A DNA stretch of 64,000 nt from a virus. Lineage: Duplodnaviria; Caudoviricetes. Where the stretch lies: IMG/VR virus record IMGVR_UViG_2974531088_000001, positions 6,708 to 70,707 of that record; one strand, given 5' to 3'. A program made the translations under genes and the position numbers. Under the pieces are notes generated by a model, which was given only the letters and a program-made list of their open reading frames with translations, ran no database searches and was not told the DNA's origin. Shown here one piece after another: positions 1-8,492 of the stretch; the first letter of the stretch is position 1, and every line of letters starts with the position of its first letter.

Positions 1-216
1 GACGGGCGGTTCGCTCCCAACGGTGGACGTGTCCGCGATAAGGGCAAGGGCAAAGCCAAGGGCAAGAAAAAGCCCATCAGCAAGTCCGGGTTTGACCGTT
101 GGATGGGCGCCAAAAAGCGCACCGACGCCAAGGAAAAGGCCAAGGGCAAAATCACTGAGGCTGGTTTCAACCGCTGGGCAGACGCCAAAAAGCGCGTTGA
201 GAACCGCAAAAAGTAG
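1..216 (+). CDS. 5'-truncated small Lys-rich basic protein (…DGRFAPNGGRVRDKGKGKAKGKKK…RVENRKK*)
   Basis: Frame 1 is open from base 1 to TAG at 214-216 with phage-like codon use. It carries a xGRF motif like the next gene. Not in the ORF track. Confidence 0.7.
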   Translation, partial: DGRFAPNGGRVRDKGKGKAKGKKKPISKSGFDRWMGAKKRTDAKEKAKGKITEAGFNRWADAKKRVENRKK

Positions 217-226
217 GGGCTGAATC

Positions 227-610
227 ATGGCTGTAAAACGAGATTCAAACGGGCGGTTCACGTCCAGCGGCGGCACCAAGGTGGGCAGCCGTTCGGCAAA
301 GCTGGCCAAGGTCCGGGGCCACAAGAAAGCGGTCCAGGACAACACCAACGCGCGCCACAACCTTGCGCAGGTCCGTAAAAAGGCCGAAAAGGACGACGAC
401 AGGGCGTGGCGCAAGGGCGACAAAGCCGCCATGGCAAAGACGGAAAAGCGCCTCGAAAGCTTCCGCCCCAAAGAATCCAAGCTGATCAAGGAACAAGTGA
501 AGCTTGGGCAGCGAGGCAAGACGGGACAGCGCAAGCTGTTGCCGTTCAAGCCCGAAATTGCCAACAAAAAGGCGCAGGTCAAAAAGCGCCGCGCGAAAGC
601 GGGGAAGTGA
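227..610 (+). CDS. Small basic protein with N-terminal RDxxGRF motif
   Basis: MAVKRDSNGRFTSS…; very K/R-rich; TGA overlaps the next ATG. Confidence 0.75.
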   Translation: MAVKRDSNGRFTSSGGTKVGSRSAKLAKVRGHKKAVQDNTNARHNLAQVRKKAEKDDDRAWRKGDKAAMAKTEKRLESFRPKESKLIKEQVKLGQRGKTGQRKLLPFKPEIANKKAQVKKRRAKAGK

Positions 611-2067
611 TGAAGTTCGCAACCGTTGAGGCCGTGCCCCTGGTCAAGACCGGGACGTGGAACGGGTCCACTGGTGAGAAGGCAATCACCAAGGAAGACC
701 TTGAAGCCATTGTGGAAGCTCACGAGTCCGCCGTTCTTGACAAGGGTGTGCTAAAAAAGGGCCACCTTGACCCGCGTCACCAGAACCCGGCGTGGGACGG
801 CGAACCGGCCTATGGTCAGGTGGACAACCTCCGCTTGTCTGAGGACGGCGAAACGCTGCTGGGTGACTACATCAACGTGCCGGAAGACCTGGCCGAATCG
901 CTGCCGTCTGCGTACCCCAACAGGTCCGCGGAAATCGCGTGGGGCGTCAAGATCAAGGACGCAGCCGGGAAGGTAGCCAAGGAATTCAAGGCAGCCCTTG
1001 CCGGTGTCGCGCTGCTGGGGCGCACACCCCCGGCTGTAAAGGGGCTTGGTGGCCCGGTGTCCGCATTCTCTGCCGGGGCTGTGGAGTTTGACAGCATCGG
1101 CGTGTTTTCCATGGTTACCGAGTTCTCTCTGCCCGGTGGGCTGACCGCCAACGCGCTGCGTGAAGCACTGTCTACGGCGATCACCGACGAATTCAAAGCC
1201 AAGCGCACGCTGGACAGCGAATATGGCGAGTGGCCGTGGATGATCGACTACGACGACACCAAGGCGTGGTTCCGGGCGAACGGCGGCGTGTTCCAGGTTG
1301 GCTACACCGCAAGTGACGCCGGGGTTATCACGCTGAATGACGACGTGACCGAGGTAATCGAAAAGCGCACCTATGTTCCCGTGCCCGACACGGCAACCGT
1401 CCCACAAACGCAGCTTTCAGAAATGGAAGCTAACAACGTACAGGGCGCGTCAAGCGCCACAGAGAACGCTACTAGGGAGGAATCCTCCATGTCCGAGTAC
1501 CTTAAGAAGCTCCGGGACAAGCTGGGCTTGCCTGAGACGGCCACGGAGGAAGAAATCCTTACCGCCGCCGCTGAGGCCGTCCCCGCACCCGCTGCCGACG
1601 ACAAGGGCGCTGCACCCGCTGCCGCCCCCGCCGCTGCCCCCGCCGCCACCACGGCTGAGGTCACCGAACAGACCAACAACAGCGCTGGCAAGCACGCAGC
1701 CGGAACCGCTGGCGACGGCGAGCCGGAAACCGTGATCCTGTCCAAGGCGTCTTTTGCTGAGCTCATGGAAGACAGCAAGCAGACCAAGGCACAGCTTGGC
1801 ACCCTCATGGAGCGCGACCGCAAGGCACGCGTTGAGGCGCTGGTTACCAAGTTCTCTGCCGCCGGCAAGATTCACCCCTCGGAAAAGTCCTACTTCACTT
1901 CCCAGTTGGAGAAGAACGAGGCCGAGACGGTGGCACACCTGGAAGCACGCCAGGGCATCCCCGTTGCCGCTATCGGTTCCGAGAATGTGGATCCGGTGGC
2001 ATTCAGCGAAAACCAGAACTTTGACGACGCGTTCAAGTTCTTCAACCTTCCGATTGGAGGCAACTAA
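610..2067 (+). CDS. Capsid maturation protease-scaffold (Mu gpI-like)
   Basis: ATG 610 overlaps the upstream TGA. N-terminal domain (…KGHLDP…GQVDNLRL…YPNRSAEI…LAGVALLG) is followed by an Ala/acidic helical scaffold. Sits upstream of the capsid genes. Confidence 0.8.
   Translation: MKFATVEAVPLVKTGTWNGSTGEKAITKEDLEAIVEAHESAVLDKGVLKKGHLDPRHQNPAWDGEPAYGQVDNLRLSEDGETLLGDYINVPEDLAESLPSAYPNRSAEIAWGVKIKDAAGKVAKEFKAALAGVALLGRTPPAVKGLGGPVSAFSAGAVEFDSIGVFSMVTEFSLPGGLTANALREALSTAITDEFKAKRTLDSEYGEWPWMIDYDDTKAWFRANGGVFQVGYTASDAGVITLNDDVTEVIEKRTYVPVPDTATVPQTQLSEMEANNVQGASSATENATREESSMSEYLKKLRDKLGLPETATEEEILTAAAEAVPAPAADDKGAAPAAAPAAAPAATTAEVTEQTNNSAGKHAAGTAGDGEPETVILSKASFAELMEDSKQTKAQLGTLMERDRKARVEALVTKFSAAGKIHPSEKSYFTSQLEKNEAETVAHLEARQGIPVAAIGSENVDPVAFSENQNFDDAFKFFNLPIGGN
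1396..1431 (+). promoter_or_regulatory. Late-type promoter inside the protease gene
   Basis: ACCGTCCCACA-N19-GAAGCT; same spacing as five other copies. Confidence 0.55.
1489..2067 (+). CDS. Nested scaffolding protein (internal in-frame start, Mu gpZ-like)
   Basis: AGGGAGG-N8-ATG in frame with the protease; MSEYLKKLRDKLGL…. Confidence 0.65.
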   Translation: MSEYLKKLRDKLGLPETATEEEILTAAAEAVPAPAADDKGAAPAAAPAAAPAATTAEVTEQTNNSAGKHAAGTAGDGEPETVILSKASFAELMEDSKQTKAQLGTLMERDRKARVEALVTKFSAAGKIHPSEKSYFTSQLEKNEAETVAHLEARQGIPVAAIGSENVDPVAFSENQNFDDAFKFFNLPIGGN

Positions 2068-2070
2068 GCC

Positions 2071-2451
2071 ATGGCACAGTTCCAGAACTCAGTTGATGTT
2101 GTCCGCGACCCGGGCAAGAACTACACCGCCAAGACCGGCGCCGCAGCCGTTCGCGGCTCGCGTTTCGTGTCCTACATTGCCGGTGGCACCCGTCAGGTGT
2201 CCAAGGTAGCTGAGGCCACCGCCACGTCCGCCGTCGTCGGTGTCGCCAAGTACGACGCCGCAGCCAACAAAGAGGTGGGCATCCTCAAGGGTGGCGCGGC
2301 TGGCGTTATCGCTGGCGGTGCTGTCGTGGCCGGTGACCGCGTTGTCTCTGACGCGCAGGGCCGTGCTGTAAAGGCCGCGGACGGCGTTCCGTTCGTTGGC
2401 GTCGCCTACACGGATGCCGCCCTCGGCGCCGTCGTCTACATCGACTTCTAA
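2071..2451 (+). CDS. Capsid cement/decoration protein (DUF2190-like)
   Basis: Small G/A/V-rich beta protein (…GAVVAGDRVVSDAQGRAV…) between scaffold and major capsid protein. Confidence 0.75.
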   Translation: MAQFQNSVDVVRDPGKNYTAKTGAAAVRGSRFVSYIAGGTRQVSKVAEATATSAVVGVAKYDAAANKEVGILKGGAAGVIAGGAVVAGDRVVSDAQGRAVKAADGVPFVGVAYTDAALGAVVYIDF

Positions 2452-2475
2452 GCCAGAAAGGCACGGAAAAACATA

Positions 2476-3372
2476 ATGAGCTCTCTCATGTACCCGCCCC
2501 AGGGTCCGACTGTCAACGGTCAGCAAATCACCGTTGATTGGGCACTCAAGACGCCCACTTTCATTTCCAAGGCCGTGACCCTTGCCCTGCAGGGACGGTT
2601 CATTTCTGACTACATTTTCCGCGCCGGTAACGCCGCCGCTGGTGCTGTGGTTTACGAACGGACCCTCGGCCCGAATGAGAAGTACCCGGCAAAGGGCGAC
2701 GTTGAAATCGTCAACCCGGGCGACGAGTTCCCGCTTGTGGACGTTGGCGAGGTTTCCAAGGAAACCGCCATTGTTGACAAGTTCGGTGCCGCCGCGCTGG
2801 TTACTTACGAACAGATTCGTCGTAACCAGACGGACAAGGTGACTGAGGCAATCGTCAAGATTTCCAACGCGATCCTTCGGAAGACCGACAACCGCGCCAT
2901 GGCTGCGCTGGCCAACGACCCTGACAAGCTGGTTGTGGCTGCTGCTTCCGGCTGGGGCACGGCTGACCCGGACCCGTTCGCTGACATCGTTGGGGCCGTT
3001 GGTCTTGGCGAGGGCCAGGAACTGGACTACAACCTCGATACGGTTCTTATCAACCCGCTTGACGCCGCCAAGCTGCTCAAGAACCGCGACATTCGCGACC
3101 AGTTGCCCCGCGAGGCTGTGGCATCCAACCCGCTGCTGACCGGACGCCTGGAAGGTCTTGCCGGCCTGTCCTGGATTCAGACCAACCGCAAGGCGCCGGG
3201 TTCGCTTTACATTCTGCAGCGCAACATCACGGGTGTGCACGCTGAGGAATTGGCGACCTACACCCGCAACATTGATGAAGCCGCCAACGAGCGTTGGCGC
3301 GTCCAGGGTGCCCGTGTTTCGGTGCCCATCATCACTGACCCCAAGTCCATTATCGAACTGACGGGAATCTAG
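2476..3372 (+). CDS. Major capsid protein (HK97 fold)
   Basis: 298 aa; position after scaffold and decoration genes; ends PIITDPKSIIELTGI. Confidence 0.85.
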   Translation: MSSLMYPPQGPTVNGQQITVDWALKTPTFISKAVTLALQGRFISDYIFRAGNAAAGAVVYERTLGPNEKYPAKGDVEIVNPGDEFPLVDVGEVSKETAIVDKFGAAALVTYEQIRRNQTDKVTEAIVKISNAILRKTDNRAMAALANDPDKLVVAAASGWGTADPDPFADIVGAVGLGEGQELDYNLDTVLINPLDAAKLLKNRDIRDQLPREAVASNPLLTGRLEGLAGLSWIQTNRKAPGSLYILQRNITGVHAEELATYTRNIDEAANERWRVQGARVSVPIITDPKSIIELTGI

Positions 3373-3374
3373 CC

Positions 3375-3767
3375 ATGGCCCCCACTGCTGCCCGTAAGGC
3401 ATCGGACGCGCTCAAGGGCGCACCGGCACCGGTTGAGGAAACTCAGCCCAAGTTGACGGATCAGGAACCCACCGAGGCGGAAGCCAAGGCCGCTGCTGAG
3501 AAGGAAGCCGCTGACAAGGCGGCTGCCGAGGAAGCGGAAGCCAAGGAAGCCGCCGAGGCCAAGGTCGCCGCTGACGTGGAGGCCACCAAGGCTGACGAAC
3601 AGGACGACAACGGCGACTTGGTGGAAGCCACCGTCGTTATCGCCATGTTCAACTACTTTGGCGAGGACGGCACCCACCTTTCTGCCCTCAAGGGCCACAA
3701 GGTGCACGTTGATGAAGACACCGCCGCGCGCGGCGTCCGCATCGGCGCGCTGACCGTCCAGGACTAG
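3375..3767 (+). CDS. Acidic Ala/Glu-rich head-associated protein
   Basis: AAEKEAA-type low-complexity linker plus a small C-terminal domain; follows the capsid gene. Confidence 0.65.
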   Translation: MAPTAARKASDALKGAPAPVEETQPKLTDQEPTEAEAKAAAEKEAADKAAAEEAEAKEAAEAKVAADVEATKADEQDDNGDLVEATVVIAMFNYFGEDGTHLSALKGHKVHVDEDTAARGVRIGALTVQD

Positions 3768-3785
3768 CCCGAAAGGCTAAACAAA

Positions 3786-4304
3786 ATGGCTGAGGCCACA
3801 ACGTGGGGTGTCAGCGTCGCAGATATTGCGGCGCTGGCCCCCCATATTGTTATTACCGAATCCGAGGCGGACCCGGCACCCGTGCCACCCGGCCCGGACC
3901 CATTCGCGACCAACGGCGCCACGGTGCGCAAGCTGACCACCAACCAGGTCAACGGGTTCATCAACGACATAACCGCCATGGTGGATATGCGGATCCATGA
4001 GCGCGCGCGCATTGCCGACCCGGTGTTCAGCGCCAAGATTGCTGCCGCCGCCAAGGACGTGGTGAAGAACGGCGCGGGGTCTTACCTCGTGGCTGCCGCG
4101 TTCCCCATCAAAGCCGGACCCAACGAGAACACCAGCTATGCCGCGGAACTCTGGAACCGCTACAAGCTGGGGCTTGAGGAACTGGAAAAGGCTATTGCCA
4201 GCTTCATCAAGGACGGCGTTGGACTCACTCCCGTGGAGGAATCGCCGTCGCGGATCACCAGCTTTTTCCCGCCTGTTCGTTTTGCGGACGATATGAGGTT
4301 TTAG
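3786..4304 (+). CDS. Head-to-tail adaptor
   Basis: Position and size; helical with …WNRYKLGLEEL…. Confidence 0.6.
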   Translation: MAEATTWGVSVADIAALAPHIVITESEADPAPVPPGPDPFATNGATVRKLTTNQVNGFINDITAMVDMRIHERARIADPVFSAKIAAAAKDVVKNGAGSYLVAAAFPIKAGPNENTSYAAELWNRYKLGLEELEKAIASFIKDGVGLTPVEESPSRITSFFPPVRFADDMRF

Positions 4305-4307
4305 CAC

Positions 4308-4775
4308 ATGGGCGCCATATTGCACTTCAAGATTGAGGGCGGCGAGGGGTTCAACCTCATGCTTGACAGGTTCCAAGAGAACTTTCAAGAGGCCGAACCC
4401 GTTTTTGAGGCAATCGCGGATTATCAAAAGGAAATCTGGCGGCGGCAATTTGCCCAAGAGGGTGCCTATACGGGCACCACTTGGGCGGCGCTCTCACCAC
4501 CGTATGCAAAGTGGAAGGCGCGGCACTTCCCGGGCAAGCCCATCTTGCAACTGTCCGGTGACCTCATGGAGTCCCTAACGGAACGCCCCTTTGGTGTGGA
4601 CGAAATCACCCACAACCAAGCCGTAATTGGCACAGCCGTGTCATATAGCGGCTGGCACCAGCACGGCACCGAAACCATGCCGGCGCGCCCCATCGTGCAA
4701 CAGCCGTCTGAGGCTGACCGGCTGCAATACGCCAAGTTCCTCCAGCAATGGATCGTGAAAGGACACATCAGCTAA
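4308..4775 (+). CDS. Virion morphogenesis / tail completion protein (Mu gpG-like)
   Basis: WAALSPPY…ILQLSGDLMESL…IGTAVSYSGWHQHGTETMPARPI signature. Confidence 0.8.
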   Translation: MGAILHFKIEGGEGFNLMLDRFQENFQEAEPVFEAIADYQKEIWRRQFAQEGAYTGTTWAALSPPYAKWKARHFPGKPILQLSGDLMESLTERPFGVDEITHNQAVIGTAVSYSGWHQHGTETMPARPIVQQPSEADRLQYAKFLQQWIVKGHIS

Positions 4776-5392
4776 TGCTTGGACCGGAAGGCGTGGCCCG
4801 TGCTTTGGTGTACCGGCTGCAAGAGAGATTCCCCGGCAAGCTCGCAGAGTTGCGGGCCAGGCTGGCCATAGACGCCGCCGAGCTCCCGGAACTGGCGGCA
4901 CTGTACGCCCACGAGGTGGACCTGCGAGCCGTCAACGAGTACCCGTTCCTATCGGTGGTGGAACTGGACACGTCCGGGCAGCTTGGCAACAGGCAAGTGG
5001 ACACGGACACCGACTATGACGAATACAGCTACCGCTACCGCATGCGCGTGTTCGTGTGGTCCATGGCGTCCGCGCACATTGAGACGGACCTGCTGCGCAA
5101 ACGGCTGGCGCTGGCCGTCCGTGAGGTGCTGTTGAATGACAAGATTCTCTACGACCTCAACGGCCAGTATGCCGAGGTGGACCCTAAGACCCTCAAAGAG
5201 TCCTTTAGTGGGGTGTCCGACATAAAGGACAGCCAGTTCCTTGGGGCGGCGTATCTGGAATTCGAGATTGTCACCCAAGAGACGCTGGCGAGCTTCCAGG
5301 GGCGCGTAAGTGACGACCCGGCGACGATCATTCCCGATTACGGCACCGTAGGCGAGGGCGACACGCACCCCGTCCCCCAACCGGAACCCTAG
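4775..5392 (+). CDS. Tail terminator-like neck protein
   Basis: ATG overlaps the upstream TAA; position before the sheath gene. Confidence 0.6.
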   Translation: MLGPEGVARALVYRLQERFPGKLAELRARLAIDAAELPELAALYAHEVDLRAVNEYPFLSVVELDTSGQLGNRQVDTDTDYDEYSYRYRMRVFVWSMASAHIETDLLRKRLALAVREVLLNDKILYDLNGQYAEVDPKTLKESFSGVSDIKDSQFLGAAYLEFEIVTQETLASFQGRVSDDPATIIPDYGTVGEGDTHPVPQPEP

Positions 5393-5404
5393 ACAAATGA
5401 ACCT
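5369..5404 (+). promoter_or_regulatory. Late-type promoter, leaderless
   Basis: CCCGTCCCCCA-N19-GAACCT-N6-ATG(5411). Confidence 0.6.
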
Positions 5405-5410
5405 ATAGCC

Positions 5411-5686
5411 ATGAGTGAAAAAGTGAGGGTTCATAACCCCAACCCATTTGAAGTGGTCATTGACCTTGAGGGGCACAGCCTTGACGGGCACAGTGCTACG
5501 GACGTGAGCCGGGACACCCTCACGGACCACCTTATTGACACCGGCCAGTTGCTGATCATGCACCCGGCCCCGGCTGAACCATCGACGCCCGTACTGGTGA
5601 CACCCGCCGTGGTGGAATCCAAATCGCGGCGCCGAAACAACAACACCGAAGCCCCCGGCAACGGTTCTGAGACAGGAGAAAACTAA
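5411..5686 (+). CDS. Small hypothetical protein preceding the sheath
   Basis: ORF abuts the sheath ATG; typical small gene before a myovirus sheath. Confidence 0.65.
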   Translation: MSEKVRVHNPNPFEVVIDLEGHSLDGHSATDVSRDTLTDHLIDTGQLLIMHPAPAEPSTPVLVTPAVVESKSRRRNNNTEAPGNGSETGEN

Positions 5687-7134
5687 TGGCTATTGGTGTT
5701 GAGGTCAGCACCTCATTGCGTACCGGCCCCACGAACCCGGGTGCTGTTTCCGGGCGTCTGCAAATCGCCGGTATCACCGAACGTGGTTCGTCCACCGAGT
5801 CCGTACTGGTCAAGTCGCTTGCGCAGTACGAAAGCCTCTACGGCACACGTCAGGCTTACGCGTCCAACATGTACGATTCCGCGCGCACTTTCTTTGAGGA
5901 AGGCGGCTCGGAACTCGTTGTTTCGCGTGCCGTTGGTCCGGCTGCAACTTCCGGCTTCCTGGTCCTCAAGTCCACCGCCGGCACCGTGGACACGCTGCGT
6001 GTGGCTGCCCGGAACCCCGGCGCGCATTCGTCCGCTATCACCGTTGAGGTGACCGTTTCCGGTGGCCTCTACACCATCACGGTTCGGCGTAGCTCTGAGG
6101 TCATTGGCCTGTTCGCCAACCTGACCACCCCGGCTGACGCCGTGGCCGCTGCATCGTCCAACCCTCACGTGGTTATCACGGACATGGGCGACGCGACCGC
6201 AGCACCGGGCAACCAGCCCAAGGCACTGGTCCCCACCGTGCTGTCCGCTGGCATTGACGACCGCGCCGCCGTTACGTCCACCATTGTGGCCGCTGCGCTG
6301 AACAACCCCGGCCCCATCACCCGTGGTGCCGCTGTGGCAGCCCCCGGCTATGCTGCATCGGCCATTGGTGCTGCACTCATTGCCCACGCCAAGGCGAACA
6401 GCAAGATTGCTTTGCTGTCCCCGGCGTCCGGCGCCAACGCTTCCGCGGCTGCCGCTGAGGCAAAGGCGCTGGTTGGTGCTGACGGTGCCTACGCTGGCGT
6501 GTTCTACCCGCACATCGTTATTCCTGACGGCAACGGCACCCGCACGCTGTCGCCGGAAGCCTACGTTGGTGCCGTGCGAGCTCGCAGCCACGTCAACATT
6601 GGTTTCTGGGCTGTCCCCGCCGGCGAACGCGCCCTGCCGCGCTGGATCGTTGGCACCGTCGCGACGATTGACCGCCCCACCAACAACACGCTTGCTGATT
6701 CCCAGTTGAACGGCATTGTGACTGTTGGCGGCAAGCCCCGCCTTTATGGTTGGGCTTCGCTGGCGACCGACCGCGACAACCTGGGCTTGCTGTCCGCTCA
6801 GGACTCGCTCAACAGCCTTGCCGTCCAGGTGGAAGACCTCCTCGAGGAATTCGTTTTCTCCACCATTGACGGGCGTGGCATCCTGTTGAGCCGCGTGGAG
6901 TCCGCAGTTGTTGGACTCTTGGATCCCATTGCGCAAGCAAATGGTTTCTACCCCAAAAAGGTGGGGGATGAAATCGTTGACCCGGGTTACCGGGTCACGG
7001 CTGACGAAACGATCAACACCGCCACGAGCATTGCCAACAACGAGGTCCGCGTTTCCCTCAGTGTTCGCCTTGCTCCCACGGCGGCGCTGCTCAAGGCCGA
7101 AATCATCAAGGTTGCCCTTTCGGCAGCCGTGTAA
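5686..7134 (+). CDS. Contractile tail sheath protein
   Basis: 482 aa; …IAGITERG…YESLYG…ARTFFEEGGSELVVSRAV…; C-terminal VSLSVRLAPTAALLKAEI. Confidence 0.9.
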   Translation: MAIGVEVSTSLRTGPTNPGAVSGRLQIAGITERGSSTESVLVKSLAQYESLYGTRQAYASNMYDSARTFFEEGGSELVVSRAVGPAATSGFLVLKSTAGTVDTLRVAARNPGAHSSAITVEVTVSGGLYTITVRRSSEVIGLFANLTTPADAVAAASSNPHVVITDMGDATAAPGNQPKALVPTVLSAGIDDRAAVTSTIVAAALNNPGPITRGAAVAAPGYAASAIGAALIAHAKANSKIALLSPASGANASAAAAEAKALVGADGAYAGVFYPHIVIPDGNGTRTLSPEAYVGAVRARSHVNIGFWAVPAGERALPRWIVGTVATIDRPTNNTLADSQLNGIVTVGGKPRLYGWASLATDRDNLGLLSAQDSLNSLAVQVEDLLEEFVFSTIDGRGILLSRVESAVVGLLDPIAQANGFYPKKVGDEIVDPGYRVTADETINTATSIANNEVRVSLSVRLAPTAALLKAEIIKVALSAAV

Positions 7135-7155
7135 CCCAAGAAAGGAAACAGGAAC

Positions 7156-7563
7156 ATGACAAAGGCAACTAAGCGCCAATTTATTACCACCATCTTGGGC
7201 ATTACCGGCACTTGGGCGAGCTCCACGGGTGGAACCCTCAACGCTGACGTGACGCGTGACTACGACGGCGGGGCGGCGACGCCTGACCTGATTGGTGGCG
7301 CACCCACGGCGGACGACCTGGAACTGTCGCGAGGCTTTGACCCGGTGCGTGACCTCCCGCTGCTCGCAAAGCTGCGCAAGGAAGTGGGCCGGGGCCGGTA
7401 CACCATCACCAAACAGCCCACGGACGCCAACTTCACCAAGGTGGGCACGCCGCTGACTTACGCCAACTGTGTGCTTATGTCCGTGAATGACCCGGAATCG
7501 GACGCGAATAGCTCCGACATTCCGCTGGTCACTCTCAAGTTCGCTACCACGGGCGCCGTCTAG
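7156..7563 (+). CDS. Tail tube protein
   Basis: 135 aa directly after the sheath, with RBS AAAGGAAA. Confidence 0.8.
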   Translation: MTKATKRQFITTILGITGTWASSTGGTLNADVTRDYDGGAATPDLIGGAPTADDLELSRGFDPVRDLPLLAKLRKEVGRGRYTITKQPTDANFTKVGTPLTYANCVLMSVNDPESDANSSDIPLVTLKFATTGAV

Positions 7564-7579
7564 GCCGGTGGCAGAACGT

Positions 7580-7675
7580 CCCACCCGCGTGCTGGCGCGG
7601 GTGGGCTGAAATGGTGGGACGGGGCACGTCCCGAGTTGTCCGTGCTTGGACACGCGCCCCGTCCCACACCCATTT
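7580..7675. repeat. Two tandem GC-rich inverted repeats
   Basis: CCCACCCGCG/CGCGGGTGGG (7580-7605) and GTGGGACGGGGC/GCCCCGTCCCAC (7614-7667). Confidence 0.8.
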
Positions 7676-7693
7676 AACAAATCAGGTGAGTCT
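7658..7693 (+). promoter_or_regulatory. Late-type promoter for the chaperone/tape-measure operon
   Basis: CCCGTCCCACA-N19-GAGTCT. Confidence 0.55.
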
Positions 7694-7748
7694 GTATGCA
7701 GACCACCCCGCACAAGGCGGGGCGGCGGACTGAACGGACAAACAGGCC

Positions 7749-8300
7749 ATGACTGAAACCACCGAAACCACTTACGGCACCATCCCGGCTGCTCCCGTCG
7801 CTGCTGACGCACCCGCACCGGCTTTTTACACCCCCCAGCACACCGAGCCGGAAGACCGCGAGGAAACCCCGCTTGACGCGCTGCGTGCTGAGGCCAAAAA
7901 GTCCCTTGAGCGGTTCGTCACCTGGAAGGTAGACGGACGCGACGGCTGGGCTGCTACGTTCTCCACGATCATTGAGCCGGAAGACGTGAAGCGCTACCAG
8001 AAAAATGCGCAGGGCAAGCGTAAGAACGTCCAGGACGCGGACCAGATCGTGGCCGCCGGCCAGCCTCTCGTTGAGAACAACCGCGCCATTCTGCGCAACG
8101 GCAAGAAGGTTGCCGCCAGCGACGGCACCGACCTGACGTTCGGCCACAACGAGTTCCAGGAACTCTTTGGCGGCACGGGCGCACTGGACGCCGTGCGCGC
8201 GTTCCTTGGTGCCGGTCAGTTGCTCTCGTGGGGCGGCGCACTGTTCGAGGAAGCCGGGTATGGGGCCGAGGTTGAAGCCGTGGACCCTCTCAAGTCCTAG
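7749..8300 (+). CDS. Tail assembly chaperone (G-like)
   Basis: Lies between the tube and tape-measure genes. Confidence 0.8.
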   Translation: MTETTETTYGTIPAAPVAADAPAPAFYTPQHTEPEDREETPLDALRAEAKKSLERFVTWKVDGRDGWAATFSTIIEPEDVKRYQKNAQGKRKNVQDADQIVAAGQPLVENNRAILRNGKKVAASDGTDLTFGHNEFQELFGGTGALDAVRAFLGAGQLLSWGGALFEEAGYGAEVEAVDPLKS

Positions 8301-8476
8301 CTGAGTTTTTCGAGGAAAGCCCGTGGTTTCGCCGCATGGCGTTGACCGCGGACATTCTCCGACTAGACCCCGTGGTGGTGGTGGACGAACCGAACAGGTT
8401 TTACAGGATCGTTCGCCAAGCCGCCGCCAACGTGGTTGCCGAGGCTAGGGAAAAAGCAAAACAAACGAAAAAGTAA
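8276..8476 (+). CDS. -1 frame extension of the tail chaperone (T-like; …QVLAEFFEESPWFRRM…KQTKK*)
   Basis: Open -1 frame from 8276 to TAA 8474-8476; fills the gap before the tape-measure gene. Confidence 0.65.
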   Translation, partial: SRGPSQVLAEFFEESPWFRRMALTADILRLDPVVVVDEPNRFYRIVRQAAANVVAEAREKAKQTKK

Positions 8477-8492
8477 GCAATGAATTGGAGGG

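Noticed and set aside
23-223. 66-aa ORF in the track
   Set aside because: Wrong frame. Frame 1 (1-216) has phage-like codon use and a motif shared with the next gene.
406-609. N-terminal extension of the protease ORF
   Set aside because: It overlaps gene 227-610 out of frame; ATG 610 is coupled to that gene's stop.
2455-2480. AAGGCAC upstream of the major capsid gene resembling the middle box
   Set aside because: It lacks the AC(A/C) core, and the hexamer at N9 is TAATGA rather than NANNNT; it is explained as the RBS.
7588-7623. Reverse-strand copy of the late motif in the hairpin's left arm
   Set aside because: The position 30 nt downstream reads AGCACG, so there is no -10 and no divergent promoter is supported.
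2089-7818. Long antisense ORFs (2089-3402, 5713-7818; likewise 19249-20946 and 59397-61031)
   Set aside because: Shadow frames of GC3-biased real genes, with no RBS or recognisable domains.
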